Positions 55,298 through 62,836 of a DNA stretch of 64,000 bases are shown piece by piece. Numbering within the stretch: position 1 is the stretch's first letter; each line of letters starts with the position of its first letter. Position numbers and translations under genes: made by a program. Source of the DNA: Eubacteriales bacterium (GTDB taxonomy: Bacteria > Bacillota > Clostridia > Saccharofermentanales > UBA5734); contig JAQUDJ010000003.1 in assembly GCA_028685755.1 (NCBI GenBank), positions 60,525 to 124,524 of the forward strand, given 5' to 3'. A model generated the notes under the pieces. It was not told the DNA's origin. It saw nothing but the letters and a program-made list of their open reading frames with translations, and ran no database searches.

Positions 55298-55328
55298 CTC
55301 CTTATTGCAATTCTCTTGCAATAAGGAG
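55298..55328 (-). promoter_or_regulatory. perfect 13-bp-stem hairpin between zur and znuA that contains the znuA SD
   Basis: On the minus strand: CTCCTTATTGCAA-GAGAA-TTGCAATAAGGAG, then TTTGTTTT, then ATG. Confidence 0.6.
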
Positions 55329-55332
55329 CCTA

Positions 55333-55773
55333 TCACGGTGACGAATGCTTGTCAATTTTTTGGCACGCTTCACAGAGACCATAAATTTCAACTTTATGAT
55401 GAGTTTCTTGAAAATTGTATTGGTTTGCAACGTCTTGCCACAAATCAGGGTGGCAAGGAATACTGACGATCTGGCCACAACCCGTGCAGATGAGGTGATG
55501 GTGGTGGTGGTCACTGTGGCGCAAAACATAACCCGTATGGCCTTTGTCAGTGCTTGCCGACTCCACGAGACCATTTTTTTCGAGATTCTGGACAGCTCGA
55601 TAAATAGTGGTCTGATCAATCTGTACGCCCAAAGGAATCAAGGCACTCAAATCCGCAATCGAGAGAAATCGATCGTGATGCTCGATAAAAAGATCGATCA
55701 AGATCTTTTTATGCGAAGTCATTCGGCACCCTTTGAGGCGTAACATCTGGTAAATCTGCGATTTCTGATCCAT
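55333..55773 (-). CDS. zur: Fur-family regulator, probable Zur
   Basis: HSDHHHHHLICTGCG and CEAC motifs. First gene of the znu operon. The start is ambiguous (55773 or 55782). A TTGACT-17-TAATAA promoter would overlap ATG 55782. Confidence 0.8.
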   Translation of the reverse strand: MDQKSQIYQMLRLKGCRMTSHKKILIDLFIEHHDRFLSIADLSALIPLGVQIDQTTIYRAVQNLEKNGLVESASTDKGHTGYVLRHSDHHHHHLICTGCGQIVSIPCHPDLWQDVANQYNFQETHHKVEIYGLCEACQKIDKHSSP

Positions 55774-55818
55774 GTGTTTCATTATTAGGGGTCGCGGTAG
55801 TCTGAGTCAAGGCAGTAA

Positions 55819-55848
55819 TTGACATATGCCCGATAAAAGGAATAGAAT
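55819..55848 (+). promoter_or_regulatory. sigma-A promoter of the NifX/MinD cluster
   Basis: TTGACA (55819-55824), 18 bp, TAGAAT (55843-55848). Confidence 0.5.
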
Positions 55849-55860
55849 GGTTATGGACAA

Positions 55861-55875
55861 ATGTCATTAATACAT
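55861..55875. promoter_or_regulatory. imperfect 7-1-7 inverted repeat, candidate Fur-family (Zur/Fur) site
   Basis: ATGTCAT-T-AATACAT, with 5 of 7 arm positions complementary, at about +6 to +20 of the predicted promoter. Confidence 0.3.
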
Positions 55876-55897
55876 ACACATAGAGGGGGGCTCACCG

Positions 55898-56287
55898 ATG
55901 AAAGTGGCAATTTCGAGCTTAGGGCAAACCTTGTCTTCTGAAATGGACCCGCGCTTTGGTCGCGCCGAATTATTTCTGATCGTAGACACGGACACACTTG
56001 AATACTCAGTTCTCGATAATACTGCCTATCAAGCGACTGGTGGTGCAGGAATCGCCGCGGCACAGGCTGTCATCGGAATGAAGGTCGCGGCCGTGATTAC
56101 GGGGCAGCTCGGGCCAAATGCGCTAAACGTGCTGAGTCGTGAAGGCTTAGACCTGTATCAGGGTCAAGCCAAATCCGTTCAAGAAAACATCGAATTACTT
56201 AACCAAGGTAAGCTTGTGCGGATTGCCCAAAGTGGCCCAAGTCATCAGGGTATGGGTGGAGAAGGTCATCACGGAGGTCATGCGTGA
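55898..56287 (+). CDS. NifX/NifB-type (dinitrogenase FeMo-cofactor-binding-like) domain protein with His-rich tail
   Basis: MKVAISS...DPRFGRAELFLIVDTDT pattern. The tail reads HQGMGGEGHHGGHA. Confidence 0.8.
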   Translation: MKVAISSLGQTLSSEMDPRFGRAELFLIVDTDTLEYSVLDNTAYQATGGAGIAAAQAVIGMKVAAVITGQLGPNALNVLSREGLDLYQGQAKSVQENIELLNQGKLVRIAQSGPSHQGMGGEGHHGGHA

Positions 56288-57123
56288 TCATTGCGGTCCT
56301 GAGTGGCAAAGGTGGAACCGGCAAAACAACAGTAGCTGTCAGTTTGGCCAGTGTAATCACGAACAGTCAGTACATCGACTGTGACGTTGAAGAGCCAAAT
56401 GGTTTTATCTTTATGAAGCCACTGATTGAACGCACTGACGTGGTTGTGGTCAAAGTGCCTGACATTGATCCTAGTCGCTGCACCTTGTGTGGCGACTGCG
56501 CTAGAATTTGCCAATTCCATGCGCTCGCCGCGACAAAATCAGGGATTTTAACCTTTCCGGATCTCTGCCATCACTGCGGAGCCTGTACGCTCGTCTGCCG
56601 AGCAGATGCGATTCGTGAAGTACCTCGCCGAATCGGTGTCATTGAAGCCGATGCTCAAGATCGGATGATCCAGGGTAAACTTGACGTTGGCCAACCGGTG
56701 GGTATTCCAATTATTACTGCTCTCAAAAAGCGGATTCAACCCCAAGCAACGTCGATCGTCGATTGTTCACCCGGTTCGTCTTGCGCCGTTGTACGCTCAC
56801 TTGAAGGATCAGACTACGCTTTGCTAGTCACAGAACCGACACCTTTTGGTCTACATGATCTCAAAATTACGGTTGAACTAGTACGCAAAATGCAAATCCC
56901 GGCAGGCGTTGTACTGAACAAAGCGGGCGCGGATAATTCCCTGATTGAGGCTTATTGTCAGAACGTTCAACTGCCCATTTTGATGCAGATCCCGTTCAGT
57001 CGTACCCTCGCCGAAGCATATTCAAATGGAAGACTACCGATACATTCAGGATCGCGTTGGATTACCCGATTTGAAGAACTTTTTCAGAACATTTTAGAGA
57101 GCTTCACAGGTACCCCATTATGA
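56284..57123 (+). CDS. MinD/ParA-superfamily P-loop ATPase with inserted 2x[4Fe-4S] ferredoxin module
   Basis: SGKGGTGKTTVA deviant Walker A. CTLCGDCARIC and CHHCGACTLVC motifs. Confidence 0.85.
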   Translation: MIIAVLSGKGGTGKTTVAVSLASVITNSQYIDCDVEEPNGFIFMKPLIERTDVVVVKVPDIDPSRCTLCGDCARICQFHALAATKSGILTFPDLCHHCGACTLVCRADAIREVPRRIGVIEADAQDRMIQGKLDVGQPVGIPIITALKKRIQPQATSIVDCSPGSSCAVVRSLEGSDYALLVTEPTPFGLHDLKITVELVRKMQIPAGVVLNKAGADNSLIEAYCQNVQLPILMQIPFSRTLAEAYSNGRLPIHSGSRWITRFEELFQNILESFTGTPL

Positions 57124-57974
57124 AGCAAGTTGTTTTTATCAGTGGCAAAGGTGGAACCGGCAAAAGTACGATCGTCACATCGCTGAGTTTGTTGGTTCAA
57201 AATAAATTACTTGCTGATTGCGATGTAGAGGCCCCCAACTTGCACCTCTTGATTAAAGGTCAGGTTATCGAAAAGAAAGATTATTCGGGTGCACAAATTG
57301 CTCACATCGACTTAAATCGATGTATCAGCTGCGATCAATGCCGCCAAGTCTGCCGTTTTGATGCCATTTCTCAAGATTATGTTGTACAAAATCTTTCTTG
57401 TGAAGGTTGTGCTGCGTGTACCGTCGTTTGCCCGCAAGCTGCGATTAGTCTATCGCCCGTCAAAACAGGCGAAACCTTCGTCACGCACACTGAACGCGGC
57501 ACTTTCGCCCATGCACGACTCGAAATTGGCGCCGAAGGTTCAGGCAAACTGGTGACCGAAGTTCGCAAGTGTCTCATTCCTCAAAAAAAACAAGAAGATT
57601 GGTTCTTGATTGACGGTTCACCAGGAATCGGCTGTGTTGTGATCGCATCTATCACAGGGACTGACGCGGTCGTCGTCGTTGCTGAACCGACCCCCACAGG
57701 TCGTCATGATTTGAACCGTGTTTTAGCTGTTGCGGCCCATTTTCGCATCAAGGCGTTTGTCTGCATCAACAAATTCGATCTCAATTTGGATGTGACACAA
57801 GAAATTGCAACAGACTGCATGCAACAAAACATACCGGTAATCGGTAAAATCCCCTTCGACCCTGCAATCGTCACGGCCTTGCAGAATAACCAAACACCCG
57901 TTGAGGCTCACATCGAAGCTGTTGTAAAACCCATTCGCGCCATGTGGGAGCAACTCGTCATGCTTCTCAATTAA
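57120..57974 (+). CDS. MinD/ParA-superfamily P-loop ATPase with inserted 2x[4Fe-4S] ferredoxin module (paralogue)
   Basis: SGKGGTGKSTIV Walker A. CISCDQCRQVC and CEGCAACTVVCP motifs. Confidence 0.85.
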   Translation: MKQVVFISGKGGTGKSTIVTSLSLLVQNKLLADCDVEAPNLHLLIKGQVIEKKDYSGAQIAHIDLNRCISCDQCRQVCRFDAISQDYVVQNLSCEGCAACTVVCPQAAISLSPVKTGETFVTHTERGTFAHARLEIGAEGSGKLVTEVRKCLIPQKKQEDWFLIDGSPGIGCVVIASITGTDAVVVVAEPTPTGRHDLNRVLAVAAHFRIKAFVCINKFDLNLDVTQEIATDCMQQNIPVIGKIPFDPAIVTALQNNQTPVEAHIEAVVKPIRAMWEQLVMLLN

Positions 57975-58020
57975 TAACCCAAATAGGATTTACCTAAGAA
58001 TAAAATAGGAGGAATTAACC

Positions 58021-58383
58021 ATGAGAAAGATCGCCATTGCATCGGAGGGACAATCTGTCTGTGACCATTTTGGCCACTGCGAAGGATTTACCATCTACAC
58101 AACACAGTCGGGTGAAATAACCGGGCAGGACTATTTGCCAAATCCAGGACATGTCCCTGGATTATTGCCAAAACTCCTCAATGAATACGGCATTGATGTC
58201 ATCATTGCGGGCGGGATGGGCGCAGGCGCAATTAATATTTTCAATGATAAAAATATTGCCGTCATCACGGGCGCACGCGGCCTGCTCGACCAGACCATCG
58301 ATCGTTATCTGACCGGCAGTTTGCTCTCAACAGGATCGATTTGTCATGAACACCAACATGCCGGCGACTGTAACGGCCACTAA
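58021..58383 (+). CDS. NifX/NifB-type domain protein with His/Cys-rich tail
   Basis: KIAIASEG...DHFGHCEGFTIY pattern. The tail reads CHEHQHAGDCNGH. Confidence 0.8.
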   Translation: MRKIAIASEGQSVCDHFGHCEGFTIYTTQSGEITGQDYLPNPGHVPGLLPKLLNEYGIDVIIAGGMGAGAINIFNDKNIAVITGARGLLDQTIDRYLTGSLLSTGSICHEHQHAGDCNGH

Positions 58384-58484
58384 TATTTAGCTATAAATCG
58401 GAATTATCAGTATTATTCTGCCAGTAAATTTTGGTAAAATCTATTTAAGCCCTTCAAACAACATTATTTAAGGAGTGTAACGGT

Positions 58485-58625
58485 ATGACGATTGAAGAAA
58501 TGAAAAAAGAATTAGTCGAATATGGTAAGTCTGCCGGGTTTAGCAATTACGAAGCTGAGTTAAGTGCGATGGATGACGAAGCCATCAAAAAAGTCTACGC
58601 CAACACCTTTACTGTCAATAGCTAA
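58485..58625 (+). CDS. hypothetical 46-aa protein
   Basis: AAGGAG lies 8 nt upstream of the ATG, and a terminator follows. No recognisable family. Not in the ORF track. Confidence 0.3.
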   Translation: MTIEEMKKELVEYGKSAGFSNYEAELSAMDDEAIKKVYANTFTVNS

Positions 58626-58654
58626 TAGTTATCCTTAAAAATACATCAGATGAT

Positions 58655-58688
58655 AAAAGCCCCGCAAATGCTGCAGGGCTTTTATTTT
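58655..58688. terminator. bidirectional rho-independent terminator (small ORF on +, Fe-ADH on -)
   Basis: AAAAGCCCCGCA-AATGC-TGCAGGGCTTTT, flanked by an A-run and a T-run. Confidence 0.7.
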
Positions 58689-58725
58689 GAAATTCATATA
58701 TGTGGGTCTATTCGTGTAAGTGGGG

Positions 58726-59934
58726 CTATTCGTGGCAATCACAATGATGTTCAACCGGATGATAGTGCATCGCATGTTGGTAAATTGCTTTGAGGTCATC
58801 AGCGTTTAAGGGTTTGATGTTGTTATCGAGTCCGCCACGCATAGTAGCTAGCGTGTCCGTGACTAACCTGTCTAAATCGGCCTCAGAAACACCTAAATCG
58901 AGGATCGAAAGCGGCATCCCAAGTACTTTTAGAATGTGGTGTAGAAGCTGTCCGACTCGGGCAGCTTTATCATCGTCAGAAAGTTCAAAATCATGGTCAT
59001 GGAGACCCAGGATTTCGGCAAGTTGGGCGTACTTAGGGATATTGGCTGTTTGGTTATAGTCAAAATAAGCGGGACCGACTGCTGCTAGAGATTTTGCATG
59101 CGTGGCATTGAAGTGACCACTGATCGGATGCGCCAAACTGTGAATGCCGACTGTACCAGCAAGATCAATTGCCCATCCCGCTAAGGTGTTTGCCCAAGCC
59201 ATCTGCGTGCGCGCTTCGAGATTTTGCCCATTACCAGCAGCCTTTTGAATATTGTCGAGCACGAGGTCCATGGCCTGCTCAGCGAGCATATCAGAGAACC
59301 GTGTGGCACCTTTTGAAACAAAAGATTCCATGGCGTGGAACAGGACATCGACACCGGTGTCGAGCGTCGAAGCCGTAGGCAAACTGAGCATTAATTCCGG
59401 GTCGACAATCGACACCGTCGGGTAAGAACAGGCATAGCCAAACCCAGGCTTTTCATGGGTTGTGTCATTGGTGATGACAAAATAGCGGTTAATTTCCGTG
59501 CCAGTTCCTGCCGTCGTTGTAATCGCCACGATCGGCAATGCCTGCTGTGGAATGATAAGAGACAACGGGCCACCTGGCTGATAGTCAGTGATGACGCCAG
59601 GATTGACGGCCATCACAGCAATAGCTTTGGCAGCATCGATTGCACTACCACCGCCAAGTCCAATCACAAAATCGCAGCTCGATTCGATGGTTAATCTTGC
59701 GCCGGCAGTAACCGTTGAGGCTAAAGGGTTTGGGGTGACTTGGTCAAAAATGACGACATCAATCATGGAGTCCGTCAATAGACGGATAACCCGGTCTTGC
59801 GCGCCACTCGTTTTCGCACTTGACCGACCAGTGACCAACAAGGCCTTTTTCCCAAGATGACTGACTTTATTGGCTAGTAGGTTCAATGTTCCTGCACCAA
59901 ATTCTAAATCGACGGGGTTTTTAAGGTTAAACAT
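58726..59934 (-). CDS. iron-containing (group III) alcohol dehydrogenase with His/Cys-rich C-terminal tail
   Basis: GGGSAIDAAKAIA motif and His ligands (HAMES..., HSLAHP). The tail reads HYHPVEHHCDCHE. Confidence 0.9.
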   Translation of the reverse strand: MFNLKNPVDLEFGAGTLNLLANKVSHLGKKALLVTGRSSAKTSGAQDRVIRLLTDSMIDVVIFDQVTPNPLASTVTAGARLTIESSCDFVIGLGGGSAIDAAKAIAVMAVNPGVITDYQPGGPLSLIIPQQALPIVAITTTAGTGTEINRYFVITNDTTHEKPGFGYACSYPTVSIVDPELMLSLPTASTLDTGVDVLFHAMESFVSKGATRFSDMLAEQAMDLVLDNIQKAAGNGQNLEARTQMAWANTLAGWAIDLAGTVGIHSLAHPISGHFNATHAKSLAAVGPAYFDYNQTANIPKYAQLAEILGLHDHDFELSDDDKAARVGQLLHHILKVLGMPLSILDLGVSEADLDRLVTDTLATMRGGLDNNIKPLNADDLKAIYQHAMHYHPVEHHCDCHE

Positions 59935-59962
59935 TATTTTCTCCTATCCTATAAAAACGGGA

Positions 59963-60715
59963 TCATACTAACAAAATCTGTACATTGTTTGCAGTGAAAA
60001 ATTGGCGATACGTTGTTGGAATTGATTCTGAGATTATCGCGTGAATTTGAGATAACTCAGCGACCGGATAAATAGCGATCCGATCAAATTTTGAGCTGTC
60101 TGCCATGAGATACCAGCGGTGGGCCATGGCGGAGATATGACGGTAGACATAGGTGCTTATAACAGAATTGACTGTCAAGCCTGCTTTTAGGTCTAACCCG
60201 GAAATGCTAGTAAACGCTTTATTCACATAGATATTATCGGTGAATGATTGGGGCTGATCCCAGCTTGAAAACATCGTCATTTGGTCCGTTGACGTAACTT
60301 CACCGCCGATCAAATAGACTTTGGTCACTCGCCCGAGCAGATCATTAAGCGCGGAAATGTTATTGGTAACGACTGTCAAATTTTTAAATTGCTCAAGTTT
60401 GCGAGCTAGGATGCAACAGGTGCGACCGGATCCAAGAAAAATGCAGTCCCCGTCCTGAATTTCCCGGCATGCGCGCTCAGCTAATTTTATTAAGAGCGGA
60501 TCTTGGTAAAAATCGGTTGGGTTATCGTCATTCGCCTTGTCGGTTTCGAGGCGGGTTGCGCCTCCATAAAATTTCCGAGCGAATCCTTGCTTTTCAAGTA
60601 TCGTCAGGTCTTTCCTGATCGAAACTTCGCTGACCTGATACTTTTGACTCAGATCATTGACGAACACTTTACCCTCAAAGAGGATGGCTTGCTTGATTTC
60701 GTCGATTCGCTTCAT
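59963..60715 (-). CDS. DeoR/GlpR-family transcriptional repressor (IolR-like by context)
   Basis: N-terminal wHTH VNDLSQKYQVSEVSIRKDL and a DeoR C-terminal sensor domain. Divergent from iolC. Confidence 0.85.
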   Translation of the reverse strand: MKRIDEIKQAILFEGKVFVNDLSQKYQVSEVSIRKDLTILEKQGFARKFYGGATRLETDKANDDNPTDFYQDPLLIKLAERACREIQDGDCIFLGSGRTCCILARKLEQFKNLTVVTNNISALNDLLGRVTKVYLIGGEVTSTDQMTMFSSWDQPQSFTDNIYVNKAFTSISGLDLKAGLTVNSVISTYVYRHISAMAHRWYLMADSSKFDRIAIYPVAELSQIHAIISESIPTTYRQFFTANNVQILLV

Positions 60716-60773
60716 GGTGAAAAATCCTCTGTGTCAACTGATTGGAGTTTCGTTTATTATAAAAAAAAACGAA

Positions 60774-60802
60774 TTGCCTGTCAAACGAAACTAAAATATA
60801 AT
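60774..60802 (+). promoter_or_regulatory. candidate iolC promoter
   Basis: TTGCCT (60774-60779), 17 bp, TATAAT (60797-60802). Confidence 0.45.
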
Positions 60803-60888
60803 AAACGAAAGTATTGACAGCCGGAAACGAAAGTCTTACTTTATTAATATAGAAGAACGAGTCGTCATTGATATTTCCGGGAGATGTT

Positions 60889-61899
60889 ATGAACCTGTCT
60901 CATCATCGCGAACTTGACCTAATTCTCATCGGCCGGGCCGGTGTCGACTTTAACGCGGGACAACTGAACTGTCACTTCGCAGAAATCGAGACATTTACCA
61001 AGTCGGTCGGGGGATCTCCGGCCAATATCGCCCAAGGCATTGCTCGTCTTGGGTTGAAGACTGGCTTTATCGGTAAGGTTTCTGGAGACGGCATGGGCGA
61101 TTATGTCATTGAAACCCTACAGAAAGCGGGAATCGATGTGAGCGGGATTGTCCGCGACCGGACTGGTGCCAAGAACTGTCTTGCGATAACGGAAATTATC
61201 AATCCTGGCGAAAACGGCTCATTCCTGTACCGTGAACAGACGGCAGATTTATTTTTAGCACCGGAGGAAATTTCGGAAGCATACGTCAGTTCGGCAGCCG
61301 CTGTTTTGATATCAGGCACTGCACTTTCGTACAGTCCATCACGTGAGGCTGTTTTCGTCATCATCGATTATGCCCGTCGCAATGGGACCTTAGTGATGCT
61401 GGACCTTGATTTCCGGCCCTTTGGCTGGAAGAGCTCGTTTGAAACGGCAATCTACTATTCGATGGTTGCGGAAAAATGTGATGTAATCATCGGCAATCGA
61501 GAGGAATTCAATGCTGTCGAATATGTGTCGATGCCGAACAATCGCGATGACCGACGTTCTGCCGAAGCACTTTTAGCTCAGGGGGCTAAACTAATTATCA
61601 TTAAGGACGGGCCGAAAGGGTCTTGCGCCTATCGTGATGATGGCGAGATCATTCAATGCGGGATTATCCAATCGGATGTTAAGAAGTGTTTTGGCTCAGG
61701 AGATGCTTATGCATCCGGACTCTTTTATGGCCTGTTCAAAGGGATGGCGTTAGCAGATGCCATGGAATTGGGTACAGCCTGCGCCAGTATCGTGCTGACC
61801 GGCGCAGTGAGCTGTGTCGATAACTTGCCGACCTTTGATCAGGCGACCGATTACCTCAGGGAACACCCGCTGGAACCCTACCAGAAAAGTCGCATTTGA
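60889..61899 (+). CDS. iolC: 5-dehydro-2-deoxygluconokinase (PfkB family)
   Basis: Strong by-eye similarity to B. subtilis IolC (IGRA.VD.N, VGGSPANIA, SGTALS.SPSREAV, DLDFRP, ETAIYYSMVAE). GGGAG precedes ATG 60889. Confidence 0.85.
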   Translation: MNLSHHRELDLILIGRAGVDFNAGQLNCHFAEIETFTKSVGGSPANIAQGIARLGLKTGFIGKVSGDGMGDYVIETLQKAGIDVSGIVRDRTGAKNCLAITEIINPGENGSFLYREQTADLFLAPEEISEAYVSSAAAVLISGTALSYSPSREAVFVIIDYARRNGTLVMLDLDFRPFGWKSSFETAIYYSMVAEKCDVIIGNREEFNAVEYVSMPNNRDDRRSAEALLAQGAKLIIIKDGPKGSCAYRDDGEIIQCGIIQSDVKKCFGSGDAYASGLFYGLFKGMALADAMELGTACASIVLTGAVSCVDNLPTFDQATDYLREHPLEPYQKSRI

Positions 61900-61936
61900 C
61901 AAGGTTTCCCCTAGGCTGATACGAGGAGTCGTGAAC

Positions 61937-62728
61937 ATGAAAATCCACCAAAATCAACCATTTCCAATCGGATATCAGGCAATCACATCATTAGATGGGC
62001 AAAACAGCGACCTATTGATGGATTTTGGTATTTTGACATCTACTAGGGATCATGTTTTTGAAGATTCCACACCCTTAGAAAGGGTTTTCATCCTGCTTCA
62101 CGGCGAAGTGGAGGTGGATTGGCCAGATCAAAAACAAATTGTGAGTCGGGCTTCCTGCTTTGATGACAACCTGTGGTGTCTCAATGTTCCGGCTGGCATA
62201 TTGGTCAGAATAATCGGATTAGTCGATGAAAGTGAACTAGCTGTCATTCGGACTGAAAATGAGAACATGTTTGAACCAACTGTCCGAAGTGGAGCAGCGA
62301 TCATCAAAGAGACTCGAGGCCAGGGCAGCATGAATGATGCCGGAACGCGGATTGTTCGTACTGCACAAAATGCAACAATCGCACCCCAATCTCGGATCAT
62401 GTTCGGCGAAGATGTCCATTACCCTGGCAAATGGGCGGGCTTTCCCTCTCACCATCACGTCCAACCGGAAATTTATTATTACAAAATGTTTCCCGAAAAT
62501 GGTTTTGGATTACTTCGCCTCGGTGACGAAGGGGTACTCGTTGAACACAATGACACCGTCTTAATTAGACCCAGTCTCATTCACCCCCAAGTTGCAGCCC
62601 CTGGATATGCGATGTATTTTTTGTGGATCATCCGCCATCTTAAGGACAATCCGTATATCAAACCTACCTATGAACCGGAACATCTGTGGGTCGAACAACC
62701 AGGTGCCAAGTATTGGCCTGACTGTTAA
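61937..62728 (+). CDS. iolB: 5-deoxy-glucuronate isomerase
   Basis: GAGGAG precedes ATG 61937. Cupin-type motifs (PSHHH, EIYYYK, HPQVAAPGYAMYFLW) resemble IolB. Confidence 0.8.
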   Translation: MKIHQNQPFPIGYQAITSLDGQNSDLLMDFGILTSTRDHVFEDSTPLERVFILLHGEVEVDWPDQKQIVSRASCFDDNLWCLNVPAGILVRIIGLVDESELAVIRTENENMFEPTVRSGAAIIKETRGQGSMNDAGTRIVRTAQNATIAPQSRIMFGEDVHYPGKWAGFPSHHHVQPEIYYYKMFPENGFGLLRLGDEGVLVEHNDTVLIRPSLIHPQVAAPGYAMYFLWIIRHLKDNPYIKPTYEPEHLWVEQPGAKYWPDC

Positions 62729-62836
62729 ACCAGTAAACCCCAACAGACCCACAATAACTGAAATAAATATGCGAAATAGATAAATGAAAATCAAGCCCAA
62801 TCGGGTTTATTTGGTTCGTTCAAAATAGGAGGATTT

